Of a stretch of 64,000 nt of DNA, positions 49,632 through 62,304 are shown piece by piece (within the stretch, counting starts at the first letter, position 1; every line of letters begins with the position of its first letter). Both the position numbers and the translations under genes were made by a program. Under the pieces are notes generated by a model. That model was not told where the DNA came from. It saw only the letters and a list, made by a program, of their open reading frames with translations, and ran no database searches. This DNA comes from Xylographa opegraphella (lineage: Eukaryota). The stretch is from contig JALDZX010000001.1 of assembly GCA_022813865.1 (NCBI GenBank), positions 372,001 to 436,000 on the forward strand. Reading direction: 5' to 3'.

Positions 49632-52600
49632 TCATAGCGATATGCATCCATCCATCCGTACATCGTGGCCTGTCTCTTCGCCAATTCCTTCGTCGATATG
49701 TCCAGCACATGTCCCATCATCTTCCACTTCCATCCCGTCAGCTATGTCTACCGCATCAAAAAAATTCTCTTCTCCTTCGTCATCTTCATCTGACACATGA
49801 TCCTCACATCGGATTTTCTCCTGTTCCAGGTCTTGGTTCTCTGCACGAGTAGCAAGCTCTCCCATATGTTGTTTCAGAAACTTTACAGCCTCTTCAGCCG
49901 CTCTTGTCTCAGCTTCGATTCGTGTCCTAGCTCCAAATACCACTGCAGCCTCCTGCTCGCCAACTGAGACCTTACACTTATAACCCGGTCTGCCATCCTG
50001 TTCTTCCTCACCATCCTCGAGTATCACAACCTCATACTTCACCTTCTCATTCCCAGCTACGATTCCAAGTTCCTCTTTTGGATGCATCATGGCTATCGCA
50101 CTATGCAATGCTCTATCCACATACGGAATGATTCCTAATACAGTGAGGAACGTTTCGCACGCAGCAAGAGAACCTGCAGAGTCTATGTAAATAGCCGCAA
50201 TGATACTCTCGATAATGTCTGAGAAGAACTTTACAGGCGCCAAGGTAGTGAGAAGTCTCCATGGATGAGAATCACCATTGGTCAAAGCTTCTGATATTGC
50301 ATGCTCAAGCTCTACGAAGCGCGCCTGACAACTGGCTTGGGCTTTGACCAGATCAGCAGAATGACCATGACGCATGAAGTGCCAGATCGAAAGTTCCATA
50401 TTACATTCTAGAGCCGAAGAACTTGCTCTTGGATTTTGAGGAGGCAGACTGGTCCTTGCAACAGATATGAAGTGGCGCATTCCAACAAAGGCGAGGAAAT
50501 TTGCATTGACCATGGCTGTCCGAAGCAGATGCATACGGAACGGTTTGAGGGATGATCGATGTTGGAACACTCGCGTGGTGATTATTATATCGAGCAATGC
50601 ATCACCCAAAAACTCCAAGCGCTCATAAGACGGCGTATCGTCAGGCCCAAGATGGGAGGGATGAGTCAGCGCCTCAAGCAATAGGGACTTTGTATTAAAC
50701 TGATAGTTAAGGAGGACCTCGAGGTGAGAGAAATGGTGCGGAAAAAGGGAAGCCTCGTTGGGAATAGCGACCTTCAGTAGCACTTCTCTACAGTTGTTCA
50801 GAGATTGCCAGGAAACCTCCGGAAGGAAAATGGACAGGCACGTCTGCACTTTCGGATAACCACCATCCACAAATGCGGCGCCGAGAAGCGCCTCGACAAC
50901 ATCTGCCAAGATCTTCGTCGACAATTCCCGCATTTTGATCGGCTGGGCCTGAAGAAGATCCTCATTGTATAATGGCTTCCACTTGGATCCTGTGAATGCG
51001 TTCGTAATGATATATTGCTCCAGTCCCGTCTGCTGCGCCGCCAAAGCAAGTCGTCCATTGGATACCATATAGCCTTTCTTGAGCGTCAGAAAGCCTTCGT
51101 GCCAATTGAGATGCATAGCCATGAAGTTTATCGTTGCATAGAGTTTCAGACAACTGTCACCCATAAACTCTAGTGACTGATAATTATATGCTTCACGAGC
51201 GGAAGATGCTGTAATGGCCGTGGTCACGAGATGGTGATTGTTGAAGTGAACAGGTGACAGGAGGTTATCGCACAAATGTTCCGTTGTCAAGGCAGACTCA
51301 AGATGATGCATAATGCATGGAATATACATAGCATACTGAGAATTAGTGTACGGTAAATTGTCTACCGTGCAAGTATCTGGCGCGAGGTACTGAGGCATCC
51401 TGGTTTTCTTTAGACCTTCGCTCTCCCCCATACGGTGTAGAAAGTCGCTTCTTTTAGACAACTTGCTGACGGCTAGAACAGGTGCCAAACCCATGTCTGG
51501 CTCAGCGTTTCCGTCAGCTTTTACTCCATCGATTTCTACAGGTTGATACTCGACACCAGAGAAAATATATGAAACTCCATCCATTGACAAATCACGGACA
51601 AGGCCATTTTGCATGCATGCTGGTGACTTGGCAACCAACGTAGTGGCCGGCCGCGTGCCAGTTACTTCGGCTAACCACTTCTCTAGCTCAGTAACGTCGA
51701 TGAAAGGCTCAAACAATATGGGATACCCGCGTCTGTCACTAACCATCCTTGAACGATAGATGGAAAACAGCAGCAGACTGGTGATGGCGTCTGATACTTT
51801 AATATCACCAGAGTATTCAACGCCGGCGATGGGATCGAAGTCGACTTGGACTATCGAGTCAATATCAGGATACAGTGTGAGCCTGCTTAAGCTCGGGAGA
51901 GCAAATGGGGATATCATTCTCATCAGGACCACCGATTGACCAATGGAAAACTTAATCGTGCTTTGGAAGGGAGTTGCTCCGGCTTGCCAAGCAGCAGCGA
52001 CTTCAGGCCATGGAGAAAGCATTTCTCTCACTTTGACAAGGCCTGGACGCTTCTCAACATCGGCATATTCTTGGAGGACAGCCTCATCGCTTATCAACAA
52101 TGGCAGCAGGTGGTCGTTGACTAGGCCTGCGTGGTACAGCGCAATGTATGCCTCGAAAGCAGCATCACGCTTTGCGAATTTCTCTGACTTCCACCAGGAG
52201 CCACCAACAGTTTCACGGACACTCTTATCCACTGATTTGGGAAGTAGAACTCTCGCTCGGACATGCTTCTTATCCGCATGGGACTCCAAAGAGTACACCG
52301 GCCTAAGATCAGCGTACTGTGTCTTTGGCAATACATTACACCAATGTTCTAGATGGCGAACAGCGTCTTTGAGATTCATTTGCGCCCTATTGTAATGTTA
52401 TCAGTAGTGGAAAATATCCTTGAAATACCTATATTTACCCTGTGCTTTCTACCTTGAAAACCTTATCACCCTCTTCATCTTCTTGTTGTCTTATTTCTTC
52501 AAGCCGGCGCATGTCATCCATATACAGTTGCTTCATGTCATCTTCAAGTTGTCTCCAAGTATGCAGGATGTTCTTTTGACAATCTTCGTCTAACATAATG

Positions 52601-54371
52601 ATGTATTTAGACTTGGCACTCCTGGCTCTTCCTCTTCTCTGGATGAAGGACTTCAGATTCGCGGGCTTTTCAAAGCAAATCACGGTATTTGTTGCAGATA
52701 CATCAATACCTTCCTCCAAAACCGAGGTGGCAATGATCAGATTTTTCCTTCCATACCGTAAGTCATCCAAGGTTTCGCCTTGGTCAAGAACATTGTGGAC
52801 TTCTCCGATGCTCGACTTTTTTTTCGCATGGTTTGAAGTGCCAACAAACGTGCCAACAACAAGTCGGTCCTTCGTGAGAGTATGAGTCGAGATCAATTGA
52901 GCTACCAGTCGTACCGAAGCCCGGGTCTGTACAAAGACAAGGCCAGCAAAGCCTGGACCAACCTCTGCATGGAGGTAGTCTAGTAAAAGGTGAACTTTTG
53001 GAGACAGTTCAGAGTCTTCCGGTGACCTTTGATCATCAACTTTGCACTCGAAGAGAGGAGCCAATACTCTGAGAAGATACGCTCGTTCGTCTTCGTCCAG
53101 ACCTTCAAAGTTTATAATCGATGGCACTCGACGGCTCTGGAAGTTGTTCAAACATATATAAATGTAGAGCTCCACAGCCCAGACACCAAGCTCTTCGTAT
53201 ACATTGATTGCCATATTGCAAAGGCCTTTCATCTGATCCTGACAGTACGTCTTTCTGCTCATGAAGGCCTTTCGCAGCTGCTCAGAATCATCACCATGAC
53301 CAGCTGCACAGAGCTTCACCACATATGGATCAGATCGGATGTCCATATCGGAATAGATACGCAATAAACCCCTTAGCAAGGGCGGCTTCTCCAAAGCATG
53401 TACAAATTCAGGGTATTTTAGAATTTTTATTTCTGGCAAATGCACATACCGCAGCAATTCTTCGCGATGTAGCTTGGGCGTTCTGCTTAAAGCATGCATA
53501 TTCTGCTCGATTTTCCTAATCGATCAGCCAACACGGCGATCCGCGAAAGGTGATTACTTGACGTACTCCAATCCGCCTAGCTTGGTGTTCATTATGGGAC
53601 TCGCGGAAAGTCCCAGTATGTGAGGAACCGCACCCACAAGTCTATGGTTAGGGTGATAAAACTCCTGCATAATGCGATTTGCGGAGGACTCCTTAGTACA
53701 GTTGTGACATTCATCATGGATCAAAAGTGCAAGCCGTCTCATGCCAACAAAGCCGTGTACCAAGGCATCCAGAAGAACCTGTTATGAGACAAATGAACAT
53801 GCGGGACAATATACGACATGAGAACCAATATTACTTGATAAGTGCTGACAACTAGTTTGATGTCCTTCAAGACATTATCCCAGATTTGCTTTTCACCCCA
53901 CCGGTCGACACCGTCGTTTCCAGTCAAGATTCTGATCTGAACACAACGAAGATTTTGTCCGAAGTATTCATACTGCTGTTGTGCAAGGACTACAGTCGGA
54001 CATAGGAACCAGACGAGCTGCATCAATTTCAGTACGAATGCTAAAAATGTACATATGAAAAGCAACCTTCTCTGGACCACAGCGATCGAGCTCTGCTTTT
54101 ATCCGCAACAATGCTCTACCAAGGTCTGTTTAGTCGTAGTGAAGGTACTGCCGAGCTGTCAAAGGCCATACATACATATGTGTCTTGCCGCTTCCGGTAT
54201 CCATCTGCCGTGTGTAAGATTTTGCTTGACAACAAGGTACAGAGGGCCTACAGCAACAATGATGTTCTTGACCATACTCTCCGCTACCATCTCAAGCTGG
54301 TAGCCTCTGGGGTCCATAGGTTCGTGAAGCCCGTCGCTGGCAGTCATGTTGTCTTCACGGGCTGGACTCAT
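49632..54371 (-). CDS. DCL2: Dicer-like protein, DCL2 type (DExH helicase, helicase-C, DUF283, two RNase III domains, dsRBD); 7 exons
   Basis: PRGYQLEM, MDTGSGKT Walker A, LLIHDECH, ILGLSASP, ATSVLEEGID, FIQRRGRAR, HWCNVLP..AKRDAAFEAY, RNase IIIa YQSLEFMGD/ADVVEALLGA, RNase IIIb YERLEFLGD/SDIIESIIAA, HPKEELG dsRBD; six GT-AG introns in the 5' half. Confidence 0.93.
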
Positions 54372-56014
54372 ACTGTGAAGCCGGCCACCAAGGCTTGGGA
54401 CTTCTAGAAGTTACAAATGCCCGAAACCGCTGAATTTGCTCAGCTGAGGAGACAAGATTGTAACCTCGTGGAACGTCGAAATACACTAATGCAGAAGACC
54501 ATGCTGGACCCCACCAGCGGAGTGCCAGCGAAACAGTCACCTATCTGCAGGTTTTTCGACCCATAAACGACACTACTTGCGTACATCAGTATCATGAAAC
54601 TCGAATTTCATGACAACACAAAGGTTGTGTTCACTGACCTACTTGGGTCGCATACACAATGTGCTGACCTTACCACCTAGTCTCCAAGCTAACCACCTTA
54701 CGTACCTAGATACCTAGATTAGGACCTAGCGTACGGAGTACTCAATTCCACTACCTTATCCTATTCGTAGCTGGACTGGAGAACTACACTATCGGAGAAT
54801 GAAGTGCAGAACAATACCTAGGTAATATTCCGGTCCCTTAGGGTTTCTCACATACAGTGCTCTACCTATGCTCCAAATTAGTTCCAAGCATGGCGCATAT
54901 GCCAGAAACTAGTTAGCCATTCATCTATGGCCAATACTCACATACAAAGGTGTAAGTGAATTATTTTACCAGTCATTTAGTCGATCTGTATCTTCTTGGT
55001 TGCTAGCCTACACGGAAATCCGCCGACATTGTCTTGCTCGCAGAAAGTGTTTACCTGCAGCTCCATAGAATCTTTAAAATTGTGTTCATGAATCAGAGGT
55101 TGGCGAGGACGGTCGGTATCTTCAATCCCAGACACTATTTACCAAAGAGTGACATTCGGGCCCAATCCTACCGAAATCTTGGAATGTTGCCTGAGAAGTA
55201 CTTCCCCAGCCCCTTGTGCGGATTTTTACCCGATGTGAACAACATCAGCAAATATTCAACTCTCTGACAAATTTCGCGGCTCAAAGAACTCAGAGTACCG
55301 GCTGCCATTGCAGTGTCGTAGGACAGACAGGACCTTTTCCTCGTGGTGAAGTTGGCTCTTGCTGAAATAAGTTAGTGGTGGTTTTAGCATGTCAACCGCT
55401 GGTGGCAGGGAATCATGCCTCAACATGCAACACATTGAAATGCATGAGGATCGAAACAATAATGAATTTGGGGTATGGACTGCTGTAGTGACCTCCTGAG
55501 CTACCGTAACCTACACCTGCTTCAGGAACCATGGGAACACTCATCAAAATTCCAAAACATCACATCCTTCTGAAAGAGGTCGACATTATACAATGTGCAC
55601 TGTTGTTGGCCTTGGATTAGAAACTTCCAGAATAAGAATCATCCATGCAAACATGCGGCATTCATTTCAAGGAAGAAAGCAAGTAGAGACTGGAAAGATG
55701 TAGTGAACATATGTGGAGCGTAATCGACGACGATTAATCCGCTCAATAGTTCCCGCCTTCGCGCCTTCACATTGACAAGAGAGTTGGCTTTTATGGTCAT
55801 GCCACGAGAGGGTGCAACTCTTTGTTGCTAAGGTCTCTGTGCCTAGATCTTCACCTCCCGGCCGGAGCAGAAACAGGGCAGATGGATCTGGCTGGTCGGC
55901 ATGAGCACCGCTTTGCGCCGTTGAAACAGGCTCATACATTAACTAAACAGCATCTCTATGCTGCTCGGCCCATCACACATTGCCTTCTAGTCATTGCGCC
56001 TGACCAGATCTTTA

Positions 56015-57077
56015 TCATAGATTGGTCAAATAATCCTCGATCTCCTCCTTACTCAGCTTCCGAAATCTTGGCCCTTGCGCTCCCTCCACTCCCTCATATC
56101 CTAGGAGATGGTTTGCTGGAGGGCCTACGATGCCTGATGGAATGTTAGAGAGACCCATCAAAGTCAAATGGACTAATACACACCTATCTCAACGGTCTCC
56201 CCATTCATTTCTCCCTCGATCGTCTCCTTCAGGGTCAATAACGCGATATGAACTGCATCCTCGAGCTCGAGATCATCCTTGTACCTTTTCTCAAGAAAGG
56301 TCTTGGCGCTCGCCGCACTTTTGCCTATGGCCGTTGCTTTCCATGGAAAATAGCTTCCACTTGGATCTACCTGCCATAAACTCGGACCACCTTTGAGTAT
56401 GCCGCCTGTCTTTCCCGAAGCCTTTATTTTTTCTGCGTCAGTTTCCAGACCTTCACTCGCCAGCTCTTTCGTTTCAGGTTCGATACCATTGTCCCATCCT
56501 GCAATGAGCAAGCTGACTCCATATGGTCGAACCCCACCAGACTGTGTGGCTTCTTGCATGACCCTAGCAACGTCCTGAACCAATATCCTTGTTGGTGGAT
56601 ATTCGTTGTATATTCGTTTGTAACCTGTATGAGAGACTTTGCGCGCTTTGTCGACAAGAATTCGATAGTCAGGTCCCATTCCAGAGTATACCATACCAAT
56701 GTCGGGAGTGATCAAGGACACTTTCGACAATGATGGAGGATCGATAAGTGGTGATGATGATTTTTTTTCTGTCGCTAAGACGATACCATTTGTCGCTAGA
56801 GAAAACATCAGTGTCACGCATTGGAGGAATTGGGCTTGACACAGAAGGACCTTTAATGCCTAGAGATGTTACACCTTGGTTGACAGCGTTTAAGGCATAT
56901 TCTGAACAAAGTTAGCAATCAAAGTACCAGGTATCTATGAAATCAGGTAGTCATACCTATCTGGACAAGCTTTCCACTTCAGAACATGTCAGTTATAAGC
57001 TCTAGGCATTTTCTCCAATCATTTTGTTCATACCTAGGAGAGAAAGTTGTCAAGGAGAATGAGTAACGGTCGGCCAT
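56015..57077 (-). CDS. PRE8: 20S proteasome subunit alpha-2; 5 exons
   Basis: [76 protein letters not shown], last exon [19 protein letters not shown]. Confidence 0.97.
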
Positions 57078-57483
57078 GATCGGTGTTCGGTGGGGAATTT
57101 GAGGTCTAATAAGAGAGGTTAGTAGACAACAAGGGCGATGGCATGACAATACGTGAACCTCTCCAAGCTCTAAGGCAGCTTCACACGCGCAATAGAGCTG
57201 TAGACGAGACCACGCTAGTCCCTATTCACGTATGGTCATTAAAGTTTACCCGGGGCCGAGGCTGAACTACATAGTATCTATGGGTTTCCATAGAGAGGAC
57301 AGCTTTCCACTGACAAAGCCAAGCATCTATCAGTACAGAACGCTGCTACCAGGCTGCTTCTAGACTTTGGATAATCTGCAGATAATCGCTTTAAATCAAA
57401 TTGTATCGAGCTAACATATTTCACATATCTCTTTTGTCGTTCTTACGCGGTACATATAAGCACATCGTGTTCTAGTTGCTGCT

Positions 57484-58555
57484 ATGTCTTCCGCTTTCGG
57501 AGCAGGATGGAATTGGCCCGACGATATTCCCGGTCCACCGGACCCGGTCAAAGCAGAGGCAAACTCTCATATACCAGGTGCGTTCCATGAAGAACCAATA
57601 TTCGAGCAATCATCTGGACCACGGCAAAGGAAACCGCCAACACAGACCGAATCTCAAACTCCAAAGCCTGGGAGGTCTTGGCCACCACGGACGTGTCGTA
57701 TTTGCCTGGAGACCGTCTTGCCTACTTTCCGGCCGTCGTCCACGAGTCTTCCGAACGTATTACAATCTGCTCCGTCAGTAGCTTACGAATCCGATGACCC
57801 AACTGCTGGCAGGTTGATTCGACCCTGCAAGTGCAAGGGCTCATCGAGATATGTCCATGAAGGATGCCTTCAGGCATGGCGGCACGCAGACCCTGACTAC
57901 GGAAAGCGAAATTATTGGCAGTGTCCAACTTGTGGCTTTCGTTACAGATTGGAGAGAATGAGGTGGGGAAGAGCCATCAGTAGCACGGCTACTCAATTTA
58001 CTTTGACTATCTCTATACTCTTACTTGCTATGTTTATCTTGGGTTTCGTGGCCGATCCAATAATAAATTTCTATATCGATCCATATTCGACCTTGTCGGC
58101 TGGCTCTTTGTCAAATATCAACACGAAAATTGATCTACTGTTGACAGATGACGACGTTCCGACGTGGACGGAACATTTCATCAAGGGTTTAGCGTCTCTT
58201 GGACTACTGAGCTTTGTGAAGGTCCTGTTCGCGCTTTCTCCATGGCAATGGTGGAATTTGAGAAACTCGGGTATTATGGGTGGCGGGTCACGGACTGGTG
58301 GCAATGGACGTGACCGTCTGGCAAGCATCAGCTGGCTCGTGGTCCTCATCGGAGTAGGGACATTCTTATGGGTAGGTCTACGGTAATGACCTTAAGGCGT
58401 CATATCCAACAGCTAATTCTCGATAGGGTGTTTATAAAGGGGTTCGTGCGTGGAGCCGGCGAACGCTAGAAAAAGCTTCCGAGCGCGTAATGGATGTACC
58501 TTTGGCTGACGGCGAGGACGAGTTCGAAGAAGCCGAATCCAGCGGTGTCAATTGA
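57484..58555 (+). CDS. RING-CH (RINGv) membrane E3 ubiquitin ligase; intron 58372-58426
   Basis: CRIC...PCKCKGSSRYVHEGCLQAW...CPTC C4HC3 pattern followed by three hydrophobic segments. Confidence 0.9.
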
Positions 58556-60194
58556 CGCTGATGACAGCCCGCGCCCTCATTTAGCATGTAATTATCATCT
58601 CTCTTCTCTCTCTCAGACTTCCAGTGCCGAATCCACAAATCCATGATATGGGTTGCTCCGTGTCAGTCATACCCGACGCACAACTTAAGTTGCCACGATC
58701 TTTACCCATGGCGTGCCAATTAGTCGACGTGCGAAGATCAAGTTCTTACTTACACTATCGAGGCCATGACTTTCTGCCATCTCGATCAGTCGTAGCAAGC
58801 ACTGCCAGCATTGATCGCTGTTCACTTCGGTGCTTCGGCTACTGAAAGCTGTGTGGCTCTCTTCTGGGATTTTTATCGCTTCCGCAGTTTGTCATCTTGC
58901 TGGCACATTATTGCCAACCTTCGAAAAGCGGTCTGGAGCGTTTCATTTCGTTTCCCACTGATGTCTTAGCTGACCATAAAGAATATATGGCTTTGGTGCT
59001 CGGCCAAGAAGTTGCAATAGCGTACTTCAGATCAAAGCATTGTCACCATGTCTTCTCCGCCCACATCCTCTCGTATGAGAGCGAGAACATCCGCCTCTCA
59101 CTCAAATCATCCTGTACGATTACCTACACCTTTATTTCCCCCCTTGAAGCCATCCCGCCTCATCTCCGATGCAAAGTAATCACACTCCACTGTGAACGGC
59201 TCTACTCACCTCGACTTCCCTGCACCTAAACCCCCTGCCCAACGACACTGTCCTTTACGAAGCCACCTATTCTTTCCCCTCTCCCCGTCTCCCCGCCATG
59301 TCTCCGCGGCCCTCGGGTTATCAAACCCGCCGAACATGCCCCCCCGCTGGCAATGTCGAACGTCCCCATCTTTCCACACCATCAACCCCCCCCAACCGCC
59401 CCGGGATGACCCAATCCCTTCAAACTCACGCCATGCCCGATCCCTCCGCGTGCCCTTCGCACAAGCGCCCCGCTCCGAGCAGACTACTAACCGCACTGCC
59501 TCGAGCACGATAGCACGACCAGCTTCATTGGTACAGTCTTCCAATTGCCTCCAGAAGCCGGCACGGGTGTGCTGCTGTGGTTCAGCACTGGGGCTGTCGT
59601 GTGTGCTGCGGGAGGGGGACCTACTTGCTATCAGGGGGTGATAGAGGGACGAGCATGGGGCTTGAGAGGTGCGAAGGGTAGGGTAAAGCTCTCTTCCATG
59701 AAGGCGCTTGGTTTTCCATTGGAGGTTGAGGAGGCGGATAAGTCAAGTATGGTAATATAGAGCGTACCTCCATCCACTCGAATGGCACAAGCACAGATAG
59801 TGCAAGGCCGGCCTAGTACTGAGTTGTGGAATCCGGTATATGGTGGGGAGTAGTGTGAGGAACGTACAAGGCGGAACTTATTCTCAAGCGCGGATATTGA
59901 AGTAGCAGACGCAGGTATTAGAATTTATAAAATTTTAGTAGATGTCTATGATAGACAGCAATCATGATATTAAGAGCAGGCATTGTAGGTGGAGCGTGGT
60001 GTAACATGAAAAGAACCTCCCGCATTCAATCCGAGTGTGTCTAGTTCGCAATGCTGAAATCCTGGTCCCTAGATATTAAACTCTCCTATATGCTCGCATT
60101 GCCGCGTACTGCAGACGCCCGATCTTCCTCAAAACCTGGCCTGTGGCGAGATTTGGGTGTTCCGAATCCCTTCTGCGGCCTCCGACTACTTCCA

Positions 60195-60808
60195 CTACTT
60201 GACGATTTCACTCCGCTCCAACGCCTGTAACAGCTCCGGCCGACCCTTCAGTTTCTCTTTCGCATCCGGGTAGCTCATCCACTGTCGGCCCCTCTTGTGC
60301 TTCTCTGGCCACTCCGTCGCTTCCTTTTCCACTCTCACTTGGTAAAATTGATAGAGCGCCTTCGGGGCGCTACTGCTCACCTCCTTAGGCGTGCGCGTGT
60401 CCAGTATCTTCCCCAGGTCGCGGGTGACCACACAGTGTATGCCAGCCTCTTCCCAAGCTTCGCGCTTGGCGGCGTCCGCCGCGGTGGCTTCGTCCGTCTC
60501 CCAGCCGCCTTTGGGCAACACCCAGGCGGTACGGCGGGAGGATTGGATTAAGAGGACGCGGGTTTTGTCAACAGAGAGCGGGACAACGCCTGCCACAAGA
60601 CGTTCTCCAGACTCAGAGTAGCCTGGATGAAGATTATTAGTTATTTGGTAGAGAAAGAAGCGGGGGAAAGCGGTCAAGCTGGGAGATTGGTATTGATGCT
60701 GGATGAATGGGTCGAACATAAAGGGGATTTGTTCTAATGAAGATCACGGTGGAACTCACGCTGCTTGTCCCTTCCAGTCCGCGCCGTCATGCACTGCTGT
60801 TGGGACAT
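60195..60808 (-). CDS. DDP1: Nudix hydrolase, diphosphoinositol-polyphosphate phosphohydrolase (Ddp1/Aps1 type); intron 60623-60759
   Basis: MTARTGRDKQ|RYSESGERLVAGVVP, Nudix box WVLPKGGWETDE..AAKREAWEEAG, WPEKHKRGRQW. Confidence 0.9.
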
Positions 60809-62304
60809 TGGGAGTGGTCGCGTGAGCAGTGATAATGAGCAGACGATCGGGACGTACGAAAGCCCCCGGGGATCAAGCGTGCACTGCAGGCAGAAAACCT
60901 TGGTAGAAAGATAGAGGCCGCCAGAACTCCGAATTCCGTGGAAGGGAGAAGCAAGGATGCTGACAGTTGGGGCACTGAGGAAAGTATGTGCAAGAGTCAC
61001 GAGAAGCACAGCGGAAGTCTGTCTGTGCAGGCGGGAAGTATGGGAGAGCGGAAGTTTGGGTCTCAGTCCCGTGGTGGACGGGGCTGAGGATGGAGGATGC
61101 TCATCGGAGCAGATGGGAAGGACGGAGAGGTAGACATTTTATGATGGATGACGGAAATACCCAACGAAACGGGCGTGAGGATGGCCGGGTGTGCAAAGGT
61201 TTCGCTGGGGCCTTGACCATCACTAAGGTGGCTCTGTGGAAACAAAGGGAGCTTAGGAACGGCTTTACGTTGTGGGCCTACTGCCAATGAAGGGGCTCGC
61301 CTAAGCCGCCAGCGTGACTCTGGTGAAAAGCGTGCTCCGTACACGCACGAGTTCGGCGTATGCTTTCGGTACGTGGGGGATTGACAAAGTGGCCATTGCT
61401 CCCCGCCGCTGTTATGAAGGGTGAGGAAGAAGACAAGGGACGCATTCAGTTCGATGTCCTCTAGACCCTACTGGATCTGACGATTGAAATGGCCATCGCT
61501 GCCGCCGCTGCCCCCTTTTCCACAATGCCTAGAAGTCAGGTTAGCAGACCACCGCTGGTCCACCGTCCACAAGCTACTTGTATTGCATAAGATACTACTC
61601 TGTATGTGAAGTGACGTATCTGTAATATGCCCGTGTGAAGTCTAGAGTGGTAACACGAAGCAAAGCGTGAAATTGGCTTCTGCCCGCAGACAAGGTGCCT
61701 AATCAGCTGTGGGTGGGCATGATGGATGACCGCAGGCTACCGGTCATCCTCCTGTCCATACCTCCCCACGCTACTTCAGAAGCCGTTCAAATAGCCACGG
61801 GAAGGATACCTCGTCCATTCAGGAAGTTTCCGACTTATGCAGAGGCGATCGAGCCCGTGGGGAAAATGAATCCCTATCCTGCTTGTCGTGCAGGACGTGC
61901 ATCCATCCTCCAGCGCCATGCAACATTAAATCCAACCAGCAGGTCAAAGCGTTGCTATCGTGTGCATGTACGAGACGACCTCCGTCTTGCCTGGCTTCGA
62001 GTCCATCTGAACTTCGCATTGCTGATTTCCTTGAGCTGCTTGCGGCGATCTTCCATGGAGAGAACAGCTGCTGGTCCAAGATAGCCTGCCACTAAAGCAT
62101 GCGTGACGAACCATCTTCAAACGTCCTACAACGGCAATCTAGTCACTTCCTGGAGCTTGCTCTCTCATCAATATTCCCTTTATTTCCTTCTCGAACCCCA
62201 CTTCGAAGGACTCCTGATCTAGCAATCCCCAGCGGCTGGCCCCTCACCATTCCAAGCATAGTTCCGAAAGACAACGCACTGGCTCCCGCTCACCGGAGCT
62301 CGCT

